DNA of 64,000 nucleotides from the human T2T-CHM13v2.0 reference genome, Homo sapiens. This document shows, piece after piece, positions 14,407 to 27,078 of the stretch. The stretch lies in NCBI RefSeq assembly GCF_009914755.1, contig NC_060944.1. One strand, written 5' to 3'. The translations under genes and the position numbers were made by a program. The notes beneath the pieces are model-generated. The model ran no database searches. It was not told where the DNA came from and saw only the letters and a program-made list of their open reading frames with translations. Position 1 is the stretch's first letter, and each line of letters opens with the position of its first letter.

Positions 14407-15235
14407 TTCTCCATATTATCAGTCATCCTAAGGTCAGCTTTACCTTCTGTTGGCCTCAATTAAATCAGAACAACTTGGCTCATATTGACCCAATCTAGCT
14501 TTGTCACATTAGAAATAGAGCACCTGTACTTGGCACTCTTGGGCTTCCTGCCTCCTTTCAAGCTGGAAGGAGTTAGGCTAGTGGCCTGTATCAGTCAAGG
14601 TTCTCTAGAGGGACAGTATATATGAAAGAGAGGTTATTGGGGAGTATTGACTCACACAATCACAGGATGAACTCTCGCAATAGGCTGTCTGCAAGCTGAG
14701 GAGCAAGGGAGCCAGTCCAAGTCCCAAAACCTTGTAAGTAGGGAAGCCGACAGTGTAGCCTTCAGTCTGTGGCCAAAAATCCGAGAGCCCCTGGCAAACC
14801 GCTGGTATAGGTAGGTCGAAGAGTCCAAAAGCTGAAAATCCTGGAGTCCAGTGATTGAGGCAGGAAGTATCCAGCGTGGGAGAAAGATGGAGGCCAGAAG
14901 ACTCAGCCAGTCTAATCCTTCCACATTTCCCTGCCTGCTTTTGTCCTAGCTGCGCTGGCAGCTGATTAGATGGTGCCCAACCAGATTGAGGGTCTCCTAG
15001 TTCTCTGACTCAAATGTTAATCTGCTTTGACAACACTCTCACAGACACACCCAGGAACAATACTTTGCATCCTTCAATCAAGCTGAGACTCAATATTAAC
15101 CATCACATGGCCCACCCAAAACTCAAGAATTACAAGAAGAGGGAAAAGAGCTGTTTTCCCCAGAGGAAAAGTAGGGTGCAGCTGATATCAGAACTAGGTG
15201 GATGAATGCTTGGAAGATGCTAATAATAGCAACAA
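14170..15235 (-). mobile_element. Old MLT1-type (MLT1J/K/L-like) LTR relic split by the MLT2A insertion
   Basis: Left piece tgtatttgtcagggcttttgattggttacaactgatataaatc. Right piece ttttccccagaggaaaagtagggtgc...gaatgcttgg. Both resemble the ends of antisense MLT1J/K. Confidence 0.5.
14587..15107 (-). mobile_element. MLT2A (HERV-L) solo LTR
   Basis: tgtatcagtcaaggttctctagagggacag...caatattaaccatcaca; perfect TSD TGGCC (14582-14586 / 15108-15112). Confidence 0.92.
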
Positions 15236-15244
15236 AAATAAGAA

Positions 15245-15430
15245 TTTAATATGTAACAACTACCGAAGTCTTACTATTTGTCAGGCACCTTTCAAGTGTT
15301 TAATATCTTATGTTTCATTTAATTCTCGAAACATCAATATAAGGTAGATATGAATACTACTTTCTTTAAGAGGCTTAGTCACAGAAAGATTGTCTATGCT
15401 CATGATTTAGAAGCCAAGTGTATCTTAAAG
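15245..15430. mobile_element. MIR
   Basis: cttactatttgtcaggcac...tcatttaattctc...aaggtagatatg. Confidence 0.55.
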
Positions 15431-16789
15431 TGGAATAATCTTTCAGCCAACATTCGTTCAACTGATAGTTGTTCAGCACCAACTTTTCTAGGCACTAGGA
15501 AGCAAGACATTTCTGTTCGTATCTTTTCGGCATATATAATCTAGGGATGAGAGACAAGACATCCTATTTCCAGGTTCTATGTCTAAATGCTGACTATATA
15601 ATTTGTAGAGATAAATGCTATCGAGTATGTGTAGAGCCTGAAGGATTGTGACATGGAAATAATTATTCTCTTTTGGTTGTTTAAATATAAAAAGAAAGCT
15701 CAGTGAACTGTATTAAAATGGCTTTGTCTCAAGAAAAGTTAGTCCAAAATGCCAGTCATTGTTCAGCAAAGAAGGCCTAGTTGTTGTAAATATTACATCT
15801 TTTCTTCTAGTTGAACTGGATTTTGCTAAGCCTGGGGGTGGGGGCAGAGGATGAGGGGTGAAAATTCTTCAGGAGTATCTGTCATGGAATAGATAAATAA
15901 CAAACTATTTTAATTTTAATGGAAAAAAATTTGGACTAGTTTGTGTTTTATTTTTTTAATTAAATAAAAACAAACTTCAAACAAAGAAAACATTAAGGTT
16001 TGCTCATGATAAACTATAAATGATATTTCATTGTTTCAGATTGGCAAAGGTATATGGAGGACATTTTCTTTAAATTTAAACTAGAACATTTGAGGTTTAA
16101 CTCCTGCTCCAAAGACTTCATTTAAAACCTTAATGTTAGCCCTCTCTCAATTAAAGCATGTGAACCCTTTGGTTCATTAACAAGATTCATAACCATATGC
16201 TTCCATTTTTGTACCCATTGGCCACTTCACTCCTTTTAGCTATTCAAAAAAAGTTAATGTGCATTAACAGCCAATTGCACAAAGTAATTAGTAGATAACT
16301 CCAAAATGAGCTTTGATTCTAATCAGAAAACCTATAGGGTGCTACTTAACAGATACCTAGCGATCAATAAAGTATTGGAAATCAGAAACATGGCTGATGA
16401 ATATCTGAAAATCAAAATAAAATGCATTTGAAAGATCTTCCACAGCTTGGAAAATCCAGCTTATCCATTTTTTAAGTCTCTATCAAGGTGTCTGAATAAT
16501 GTCTCTAATGCAGAGCTTACCCTAACTACACAGACACAGTTTGTTTGCAGAAAAGAAGGCCATTAGATATGACTCAGATACTAAAAGAGATGCCTTCAAA
16601 TTTCTGGAAAAAGCTGACTTTGAAGGCCAGTGAAGTGTAATACACACGGGCAGTTATATTGGGGAGTTTACAAAGCACATGGAAGTGATGTTTTAACCAG
16701 AAATGGGAGTGAATAATTTAGTGGACTCTAGGTCCGCTAGATTGCAGTCATGGCTTCCCTAACTTGTCATTCTTCATAAACGATTATAC

Positions 16790-16795
16790 TGTGTG

Positions 16796-16833
<38 letters not shown>
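16790..16833. repeat. (TG)n microsatellite
   Basis: About 22 units with one CG interruption. Confidence 0.97.
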
Positions 16834-16835
<2 letters not shown>

Positions 16836-17634
16836 TGTGCATGTGTTTCCCATTATATCCTTCTTAATGTACGGCTGGAGAGGCAGAATAACCTGAAATA
16901 ATTCCAGGAAGGTAGCAGTCATTATTCATTTGGCTCCATCTGTCACACTAATTCTGATCAGATACGAACCCTCTGAATAGACACCAGGTGTCAGAAGTGA
17001 ATGTTTTGTGTGTTTGTTTTGCTTTTCTCCTCTGCATCATATTTGCAGGGTTATGAGTCTAAAGATAATGCACAATGGAATTACAGAAAGATGTTCCTGT
17101 AAGAGAAATTTAGAGCATGTTTTTAAAGGATTCAGATAACCTCATATCTAGGACCCCAAAATGTAACTTTTGCATTCTGAAACACAAAGTGGGGACAAGC
17201 AAGGTCTGCAAGTTCTGAAGTTTTTTCCTTTGTTTTTCTCATGAGGCATGAGAAGAAATAATATATGCTTTAGTCCTTTTTCTTCTTCATTTGAGCCCTG
17301 GTTCTACTGTGCAATAAGGATATAATAGAAATAAAAAATGAATTCAGCAGTCAAAAATCCTTAATTATGACTGTGCTTCTAGAATTACAGTCAATATACA
17401 AATATTTGGACACTCTTCTCTGAGAAGTGTGTGCTTCTGAAATGGAGCATAGCTCTATGAGTCTGTGTAGGTCAGAAACAAGGCCACATTCTCCTCCACA
17501 TCCTAAGTACTTAGAGCAGGGCCTAGCACACTAAACAATATAGCACAAGCTAAAGTTATATGGCACTTCTTCTGTGCCATGCATTGTGTAAAGCATTTAA
17601 ATGTAGGAATTAATTCACTCATTACAGCAGCTGC

Positions 17635-18486
17635 CACCTTACAGCAGATGCCCTCCCCACAACTGCCCATTTCAACCCCTGGCACCTGCAAACACTTTTC
17701 TATCCTTATGGTTTCTCCAGCACTATTGGAGCTTGCTGGGCCAGATGGAGATGCAATCAAGAATTGTGGTAGATGTCATGTTCTGGAGAGCAACCGTCAA
17801 TCAATGGAGAGATGGAAGATAGTGGGTAAATGACATAGTCTGCCCAGTTTCCAGTAGGATGACTCGAAACTGTGTTCTCTATATTTCTCAGAGGGTCTCT
17901 GGGGAGTTGATAGGCTTTGGATGTTTGCCTCCTCCAAATCTCATGTTGAAATGTAATCCCCAGTGTTGGAGGGGGGCAGATCCCTCATGAGTGGCTTGGT
18001 GCCCTTCCCATGGTAATGAGTGAGTTCTTGCTCTGTTAGTTCATGAGAGAGCTGATTGTTTAAAGGAGTCTGGCACCTCCTCTCTCTCCTTTCTTCCTCT
18101 CTCACCATGTGACACTCCTATCCCCCTTTGCCTTCTTGCCTGAGTAAAAGCTTCCTAAGGCCTCACCAGAAGCCGAGCAGATGCTGTTGCCATGCTTGTA
18201 GTCTGCAGAACCATAACCCAAATAAACCCAAGTTTTTATAAATTACCCAGCTTCAGGTATTCCTTGATAGCAACGCAAAATGGATTAACACCTAACCACA
18301 GGTGCCCACAGCTGGAACTTGCTCCTTGCCTTATGCTTTGTTGACATTTTTCCCTTCCCTGATTTGCTTTCTTCACTTTCCTCACTCTCTCATTGTGCTT
18401 CCTGGAATTATCTCCCAAATAATCAATCTGCACTTACATCCTTTTTATCTCAGGGTCTACTTTTGGAGATACCAAAAATGAGGCAT
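17635..18486 (+). mobile_element. LTR16-family (ERVL) LTR interrupted by MSTB
   Basis: 3' end cttcctggaattatctcccaaataatc...tctcagggtctacttttggagataccaaaaatgaggca; 5' part gagcaaccgtcaatcaatgg. Confidence 0.7.
17908..18291 (+). mobile_element. MSTB-like MaLR solo LTR
   Basis: tgataggctttggatgtttgcctcctccaaatctcatgttgaaatgtaatcccc...ataaattacccagcttcaggtattcc. Confidence 0.9.
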
Positions 18487-19149
18487 TTGTGCTTATGTTT
18501 TCGTGGCATGAGTGAACAACTGAGTGAATGAATTTCAGAGGTACCTCACTTCCAGGCCAACCAGAAACTGTTCCGTTTTTCATAGATTCTTCCATTAAGC
18601 TAACATGCTCGGGTCGTGATACAGCTGCAGTTGTTAATGAAGCAGTAGGGAGTTACACTTAAGTGGAGACACAGCAAAGAATAAATTAACCGAATGCAAA
18701 ACAATCATTGGAAGGGTCTGGGTTAGGTTAACATAATTTGAGTACTATTGAACTCCTGGCGAACATCATCTAGAGATACCTTGTAGTCACACTTCTCTAT
18801 ATATTCATGTTAGCAAGAATTGAAGCAATTATTCAAGGCAAAATGCATGAAATGACAGATAATTGAGAGAAAACAAGACATAGTCATTGAAAAGACTATT
18901 TCTTTGAATTATCTTAATGACTCATGATTTGCATATGTTAACATTTATTTACCATTTATTTTTGGCTTTAGCCAATGAGTTCATTGATTTTGTGTACACA
19001 CACACACACATTTTGTTGTTGTGAGAATAACTGTAACCCCATTTTTTTTTCTGCTCCTGGAAGTAAATTGATGATTCCAGCAGTTGTTTTGATTCTATTC
19101 ATATATAAAAACAACAATAACAGCCATCAGCAATAATGTAGGCTGACTG

Positions 19150-19350
19150 ATAATTATCATTTATTGAGGATCTTTTACATGCCAAGTTTATTTCAACTCT
19201 TTACATATAGTGTCTAGTCTAAACCCTGAGGAGAGATTACAGGTCCTAATTTTAATTACGAGAAAACTGAAATTCAGAAAGAGGTAGGGTAATGTGTCCA
19301 AGTTCAAATGGGAATTAGAATTCCTGTTTATGTAATTCTTCAGCTAAGTG
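19150..19350. mobile_element. MIR
   Basis: catttattgaggatcttttacatgccaag...gagaaaactgaaattcagaaag...aatgtgtccaagttca. Confidence 0.65.
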
Positions 19351-19645
19351 TTAAGACTGCCACTAATAGGAGGAGAACATAGAAAGTGTTAGGTTCACTG
19401 GAGAGCATCAACCACTCACTGGCACTAAGAACAGGTAAGAATCCAGAGACTGGGCATGGAGCTGATGACTAGCAGTGGGTTCAGAAGAAAGTAGCAGGAC
19501 AGTGTTACTGACCTAATTAAAACCCTGATGTCTGTTCCTTTCCCTCACAACAAAATCAGGTTTCTTGAGTTGGCTCCTAAGTCCTGCTGACCTCTGGCAT
19601 TCACTTCTCTGGGATGATCCCATGCTATCTTCATGGGTAACAACA

Positions 19646-19900
19646 TAAAGAAACAACTGGTTTTACCTGTAAAGCTGTTATAAACATTTTCTTATTCTTG
19701 TACTAATTTGATTATTCATTTTTCTCCTTAATCTACTGATATTTGTACCTTATGTTTAGCTTGTGCAGAAGTATTTAACACAGAAATTAGGTGATGGTTG
19801 GGTAGATTCAGTTACTGCTCAGGTCAGTCATTTTCCATAGGTACGATGTCCCAAGGAGGTTTTAACTCAATCTCCCAATACATTTGGTCACCAATATCAG
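19646..19900 (+). repeat. Local direct duplication, copy 1
   Basis: Aligns by eye to 21175-21438; 19702-19769 is identical to 21229-21296. Confidence 0.95.
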
Positions 19901-20132
19901 CAGTCCATGTGAATTTCTCACAGTTTCCCAGATAGCATTTTTCACCTCTGGAAGCCTTCTTTTCCATCCCATTCTTCTTTTCTTTGCCAACCCAGGTCTC
20001 CAGTTAGATGTCATTTTCCCTAGATAAGATCTCTATCTCAACTCCTCCATTCTTCCTGCCCCTCAGCTGGGCTTAAGTTACTAATCTATGTGTTTCCATA
20101 GCTCACTGATTTCCCTGGGATATAAATGGATG

Positions 20133-21019
20133 GTTATTCCAATGAAAAAATAAACCTTTTCTTCTCCTCTCACATATTAGTCAAGACAACACCTCTGACA
20201 CCAGACGTGTGGGATTTTTTTTCCCCACACAAAAAATAATTTTTGACAGGACCCAACAACTTGGTGCCCTACAACTTTACCCAATTCTGATACTATCTAC
20301 CTGGAGGTAGTGTCAGATCCCACAGGTAGAGGGCTCAGTCCCACAAAATTACTCCTCTCCCCATCCCTGCCATCTCAGATGCTAATCATAAGTCCCTAGG
20401 TTATAACCTGTACTTGTGACCAACTGGCTTGGGGGTGCCTATGACCCCTTTATTCGGTTTGATTGATTTGCTAGGACAGCTCACAGAACTCAGGGTAACA
20501 CATTTAGTGGTTTAATGTATGCTTAAAGGTTATAAAGTTTACAGATGAAGAGATGCATAGGACAAGGCCAGAAAGAATCCCAAGGACAACAGCTTCCAGC
20601 CCGTGGAGTTGGGTTGTACCACCCTCCCAGCATGCAATTGGGTTGCCAACCCAGAGGCTCTGTAAGCCCCATGGTTCAGAGATTTTTATGGACGGTTTTT
20701 CATGTAGGCATGATTGAACAATAGTAACTCAATCTCTAGCCCCTCTTTCCTTCCTGGAGGATAGAGTAGATGAGGACCTGAAAGTCCCAAGCTTCTAATT
20801 ATGGCTTGGTCTTTGTGGTGACCAGCTTCCTCCCCATTCCCCCATCCAAGAGCCCACCACCAATTGCTTCAGTAGAACAAAAGACACTCCTATCAACGAG
20901 AAAATTCGAAGGGATTTAGAAGTGTCAGATGTTCCTGTCACTCAGAAAATTACAAGTTTTAAGAGCTCTGTGTCAGGAACTGGGGTCAGAGACCAATATC
21001 TGTATTTGTTATCGTTTCA
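20133..21019 (-). mobile_element. MER21-family LTR
   Basis: tctacctggaggtagtgtcagatcccacagg..agggctcagtcccacaa; gctcacagaactcaggg; gagctctgtgtcaggaactggggtcagagaccaa. Confidence 0.82.
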
Positions 21020-21174
21020 AAGACCCTGTCCTCTGGCCACAAACCACTTACAGCAAATGCTCATATCTGTCTGAGCATTGACATTTGATGTAGCATTTGT
21101 ACAACAGATAAAGCATAGTACCAACACAAATATGCCTAACATTTTGAGAAGCCAGAGAGGGGTAGGGGTAAATT

Positions 21175-21438
21175 TAAAGAAACAACTAGTTTGCCCTGTG
21201 AAACCATTATACATTTTTTTGTTCTTGCACTAATTTGATTATTCATTTTTCTCCTTAATCTACTGATATTTGTACCTTATGTTTAGCTTGTGCAGAGCTG
21301 TTTAACATAGAAAGTGATGGTTAGCTAGATTATCTGGCCTGCATTATCTAACCTGCTCAGGCCAGTCATTTTCCATAGCTATGATGTCCCAAGGAGGTTT
21401 TAACTCTATCTCCCAATACATTTGTTTATCGATATCAG
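21175..21438 (+). repeat. Local direct duplication, copy 2
   Basis: Aligns to 19646-19900. Confidence 0.95.
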
Positions 21439-21759
21439 TATTATCATAAGACTTCTTTACATACAGTAGTTGAATCTTACCAGCATAGGGCAGTTTTGTT
21501 GCAAAACAAAGAGTAAGAATTACACAGGTGTTTGGTTTGACTTCCCAACAGAATCTACCTTTGTCCATATTCCAGATAGTCTTAAAGACAGTCATCATTA
21601 CAAGTGGCCATGACTTGGTTATTTCTGGGTTCCAAGTTAATTGGGAACAAGATTAATCACCCTGTCTCATCTCACATGCCTGTACTAAGGCTGGTTCCCA
21701 TTATCTGTTATTATACTGCAGGACCTGCCTCCCTCCCACAGGGAGAACCGGAGTTTATC

Positions 21760-21872
21760 TTTCACTAGGCAGTGAGCTTCATGAAGACAGACTACTGTGC
21801 TCCCAAGCTAGCAGAGGATTTAGCAGATAGTAAACTCTCAATAAGTGTTTATTGAGTAAATATATGAATGAG
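21760..21872 (+). mobile_element. L2 3' end
   Basis: cactaggcagtgagcttcatgaagacag...ctcaataagtgtttattgagtaaatatatgaatg. Confidence 0.7.
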
Positions 21873-22809
21873 TCTAATGAGAAAATTAAGTAGGTAGAAT
21901 AGCAGGTCCTGTTGAGAGGAGGTCACTGGTGGAAGTCCTGGCCAGCCAGTTCTAAAAACTGGTAATGCTGAAGGAAACTGCCTATCCATGGAAAGAATGA
22001 CGAGGGTCTAACAGTTTCCTTCAAACCCCAAAAACCAGTTTCTGCTCTGTTTTTTTTAACATACAGGGAAGAAACACATGACCCAAAGCTGGACAATCCA
22101 CTCTATGGTCAATGACCAACCAGGTACCCCTGTTAAAGAATCTGAGCTAAAAGATATTGCATTAGTATTTAAGAAAGTGAGAGTGAGTTGAATTGAAAAG
22201 ATGCAGTGGCTTGTGCTGTGGGACTGCGCAGAACCACGTACAAGGCCTACACAGAGGCGTGGGTAAAGACACCAATGGAATAGATCCGTGAACAGGAGCA
22301 GAGGTGAGAAATATTGTGCAAGCTCTAGAAAATGGAGAAGTTAGCACAAACTTTCATTATTCCATTTCTATGGTGAGACCACTGCATTTTAGTTATTTTG
22401 CTGTATAGTCATCAAATTGTTTTGTACTTACAATGACCACATGACTACCAGAACTTGCTCAAGGGGATTTATATTGGTTGCAATCAAAAGACGCTTAATT
22501 AGAATGGCCCCTATTCTAAATGAACTTGTCCACTGGACTAGGGGCTCTGGCCAAGGGAAATAAGATAAGGGCTCACTTTTTGTTATGAAGCAGGAAACTG
22601 GAAATGAGATTCAAAGTCAGGTGAGTGCTAAGGGTGATTTGATGATGATTTAGGGCAGAAACAGAGACAAAACAAGCAGAGTGCCTACAGAACAACATGT
22701 CAGAAGATTCCACTCTCAGGGGTTGACCCTGTGCCGTCCCTGCACTCGTAAAATCCTGAGAGTGAACACCACCAATTGCCCTAGGTGCCTCACCCTAGTC
22801 TCATGCCTA

Positions 22810-23610
22810 CTTATTTACTTATGAATTCAACAGGTAGACATTAAACTCCCGTTATATATTAGGCGATGTTAGACAATGAGGAGAGATACTCTTGGCCTTG
22901 ATCTCTTGGAGAACTTAAAGTCTAAAGAGGAAGATAAACAGAAAAAAGCCAGCAAAAACCGTGATTTGTACTATAAAGAAAACAAGGAGGAAACAGAGGG
23001 AGAATAACCCCTGGTTGGAGAAGGTGGGCATTTTGATAAGGAATTTTGGGAATTTTCTCTGAGGAGGTAACGTCTAAATGTAGCTTAGAAGAATTAGAAG
23101 TGGGTAGGGCCTAGGAGATATTCTAAGCAAAGACTACAGATATTCAAAGGCCTAAGGCAGATAGAACTTTGCCCAAGTTATGAGTGAGCTAAGATCAGAG
23201 TGTGGCTGGTGTAGGGGAAGGGAGAAAGTCAGCGGGCATGGATCATGCAGGACCTTGGATGCCACGTTAGGGAGTTTACATTTGATTTTAAGGCCACTGG
23301 AGGTATTAAGTATAGAAATGATACAATGACTTTTTTGTGAAAAATAAATAATAATAAAGCTGATATGGCTATGAGTGGGGAATGGCTTGAATTGATGGAA
23401 GATTATGACAGTAGCTAGGTCAATAATGAGGTTGGCTTGAACTTGGGTGATACTGGTGGATATGTGAAACACTTATTTTAATGAGATTAGATTTATTTTT
23501 ATGAGCTAACTGCATTTGCTGATGGATTGGATATGAGCTGAGGGAATCAAGGATACTCCTAGTTTTTGGTCTTCAATAACTGGACTCCGGATGGAGCCAT
23601 TTACTGAAAT
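22810..23610 (-). mobile_element. L2 (L2a-like) fragment
   Basis: ctctgaggaggtaacgtctaaa...gcatttgctgatggattggatatg...ggagccatttactgaaat. Confidence 0.75.
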
Positions 23611-23635
23611 TCATGTATTTATTAAGAGCATACTG

Positions 23636-23935
23636 GGCCATGCACGGTGACTCACACTTGTAATCCCAGCACTTTGGGAGGCTGAAGCAGGAGGATTGCT
23701 TGAGCCCAGGAGTTCGAGAGCAGGCTGGGCAACATTTTTGAGGGCTTTTCTGTACTTAAAAATACATAAATAACTAAATTAGCCAGGTGTGGTGGCACAG
23801 GCCTATAGTCCTAGATACTTGGGAGGCTGAAGTGGGAGGATCCCTGGAGCCCTGCAGTTAGTCATGATTCTGCAACTGCACTCCAGCCTGGGTGACACAG
23901 CCAGACTCTGTCTCAAAAAAATAATAATTAAAAAA
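23636..23935 (+). mobile_element. AluJ
   Basis: ggaggattgcttgagcccaggagttcgag; diverged right arm; A-rich tail. Confidence 0.92.
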
Positions 23936-25164
23936 TGTGTGTATTGAACCTTCAGTATGTGATGGGTCTTGTTCTGAACTTTCATTATATAGCTGAGAGT
24001 TAAGCATATACAGTCCTGACCCTACTGAGTTTTGTTCTTGATGGGGAGATAGACACTTAAATACATACAATATGTAGCAAATTCAGTGGTGATAGGAGCA
24101 GTGAAGACAAACAAACCAGAGAAAGAATATAGGGAAATGAAGGTGGTGGCAATTTTTTTAAAAAGGTTTTAAGTAAAGATTTCACTGTGAAGATGACATT
24201 TGAGCAAAGATCACAGGGGCTGAGAGAGTGAGATGGGGGAAGGAAGAGCTCTTATTCCAATGTTATTGAAATTGTCCCTTAGGGACAGGATGGGGCCTGC
24301 AGCTAGAATCTGGCTGTCCTGAGGGATAGTGGCTTGTCATTAGAAAATTCATCTTCAGCCTGTAAATAGGGGGCATGTAAATAAGTTTCTGAGGTTTACC
24401 CTTAATCTATGGAATAAAGCAAATTTGCAGGCATTTTCTGATAAACCATGAAAGCTTTAGTCAGAATTTGAACTAGTGGCTCTAGGGACTTGCAATATCA
24501 TTAAGTCAGATTTAAGTCTCCTTAAGCCACATGCTTAATCCATTAAGTCCAGTCTTTAGTTTGCTAAGCTACCTTTCTGTGCCTGCTTAGGGAAATTATG
24601 TCTGTTTGCTCCCAAAGGTTTTCTTGAAGGCAAAGCCAAATGGAAGTCAGATGCCATTGCAACCTGCTGCAGAAAGAGCAGGAATTCTGTGTTTCTGCTG
24701 GCATTTATTGTGACAAAGACTTGATGGAAGTGGTGATTGCCTGGAGTGAGATTTGGTGCATATTGTTGTTACATTCATACTATAATGTAGAGCTTATAAT
24801 GTTCATTGGATATGGATTGGAGGGAAAAGGAAGAATCAAAAATACTTTTAGTTTTTGGTCTTTGGAAATCTTCATTCAACCGGCACACAAACTCTTCTCC
24901 CCCAAGACTCGAGGCATTTTTTAATTAAATTTTTTGACTAATATGTGGTGTTCATACATTTGTATGGTAGTATAGGGAAGTATCACAAACTCAAACCCTT
25001 TCAGGGGATCCTGCAGTTAACATATGTGAATGAAACAGCTATATTAAAATGTATCCATCGTCTTTTAAACACAATGGCATCATTCTTTAAGCACATCATC
25101 TTAAGCACAGTGCCCTCTTCCCCTGACAACGAAAGCTTGCTTGTCAATTTTGGGCTACAGACCC

Positions 25165-25372
25165 TAAATTTCTGGGTTTGATTCCTTACACTTTTGGTTC
25201 TTTATTAACTATGTGACCTCGAGCTTTCCTAAGTCTTAGTTTCTTCATCTGTGAAGCAGAGATGATAGTTTCTTTCTCATAGTGTCATTGCATAGGTTCA
25301 ATGAGATGGGGTTTGCCAAATGCTTAGCACAGGCCCTGGTCAATGATAGGCACTTCATAAATGGTGAACTTT
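25165..25372. mobile_element. MIR
   Basis: ctgggtttgattcc...ctatgtgacctc...tcttagtttcttcatctgtgaa...tgcttagcacagg. Confidence 0.75.
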
Positions 25373-25431
25373 TATTATTTTCATCAGTGTTCATATTGAT
25401 TATTGTACTACATGTATATTTTTAAATTTTC

Positions 25432-25942
25432 TGTATATTATGATTTTTTTGACATCTTAGAAAACATTTCTGGTTAGGGAGAGGCTACCTGCCTAGGGCT
25501 GGCCAATTCTTAGAGATAGCAACTCTCAGCCAGGAACATATCTTTGATAGGTGAACTAATCAATTCAGATGCTTTGTACATCCCAGGAGGCAATATTCCT
25601 TGCCTTAGTAATGCCAGGGAGAAGTACCAACAACTAGGGATGACCCCTATACCTTAGAGACCAGAAATATTATTCAAACCAGCTGATCCGAAGCTTTATC
25701 CTACCCCATCCTGCCTTTCCCACAGAAACCCCCATGGAGGCTCTGGCCATCGGCTTCCCCCTTGCTCCTCTCTTCTGCCTCCCTAGTGTCTTTCCCATGT
25801 GGTCCATCAAGGTGTGCGATGCTTCCTGTCTCTAGGACCTGTGAATATAGTGAAATTTGTTTTCCTGAGCCTCTCCTGTCTTACCTCTTGCACTGCACCT
25901 GACCAACAATCATATAAAACAATACAAAACAACAATTCACCA
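25432..25942 (+). mobile_element. ERVL-class solo LTR (MER54/MER74-like)
   Basis: agggctggccaattcttagagatagcaa...ctttcccacagaaacccc...TG/CA ends; family named from memory. Confidence 0.6.
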
Positions 25943-26583
25943 AGTTCTAAAGGAAAAATTTGTGCTTCAATGAGAATTGTTCATTATCCAGAGTACATCC
26001 TTTTGGGTTATCTGATTCTGATTCTGTGGGCGCTATTCTACAATTCTGTAAGTTGTGGATAACTGTTAGAAATGCAAAATAATACTTGTCTATAGACATG
26101 TAAATAAATCCTGCTCTTCTTTCCCAAAAAAAAAGCTAGTTTTGCTGCTCATTTGAATATTCATTTTAATACTTTATACATATTTGTGCTTTTTTGACTT
26201 CTCCATGGATCTGGGTTACAACATTTGCCTGGTTTCCTTATTTAATCAATGAATATTGAATAAAATCTTTAATGTGGGTTAATGTTATATCTGTATGAGA
26301 TTCATAATTTTACCTGGTTTTGAAGCTTTTAATGGCACAGAATACCATTCAAAGGACTGTGAATAAGGAAAAAGAACTTTAAATACCTGATTGAGATGTA
26401 GATATGCTTAGATATGGAAAGTGAAATTCCAGTAATAGATTCTGTATGATTAAGTTCTAAAACGAATGGAAACAAAATGTGAGGCTAAGGAACAGCTCTG
26501 CTCTGGTGTCAATAGGGTGTATTTCACTGAAGGTGTTATTGGGTAGATAGCGTTATAGGGATTTCTTTCTTACCTCATCAATT

Positions 26584-27078
26584 TGTGAAAATAAATGAAG
26601 GCCCCTGCCTCCAATGAGAACAATTATTCAGAGCTTGCTATTTACAGCAAGGGAATCAGCTATCATCACTTGTGTTTTGGCAGAGACTCAAAGGCAGGCA
26701 GAGAAATGGGTCAGGTGTATAATGGAGTAAGGGAAAGACCCTGATGCAAGTATGTTTGCAAGGGAACCCACTTGTAGGCAGCCTAATTAGTAGCTTACAT
26801 GATTGGTTAGTGGTACATGTTTGGCTTTCTCTGGTTGATCACAAGTTGAAAGCAGGGGTGAATACTGGGATTTTTTTTTTGGTTATTTATCAAGTCTTGG
26901 CCATTTTGGATTAATTGTTTGGCTTCTTGAGCTGGTTGGTACACATAAGTCTGACTTCCTGGGCTGGTTACTATAGATAGTAGGTTGGTTTCCTGAGCTA
27001 ATTGTTGCTGGTTGTGGGTCAGAGTTCCATTTTTATAGACAGTCTGGCCAGTATTCCCCTGTATATTCAGTCTCTTCA
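26584..27078 (-). mobile_element. ERV1-class solo LTR (MER89/MER90/MER110-like)
   Basis: Reverse complement starts tgaagagactgaatatacagggg...tggccagac...aactctgacccacaacc and ends ttttcaca. Confidence 0.65.

Noticed and set aside
16393-16450. CTGATGA-ATATCT-GAAA minimal hammerhead core
   Set aside because: Stem II is at most 1 bp and stems I and III cannot be formed in register
19646-21438. Reading the 260-bp repeats as the MER21 target-site duplication
   Set aside because: ERV TSDs are 4-6 bp and the repeats lie 150-230 bp away from the LTR ends
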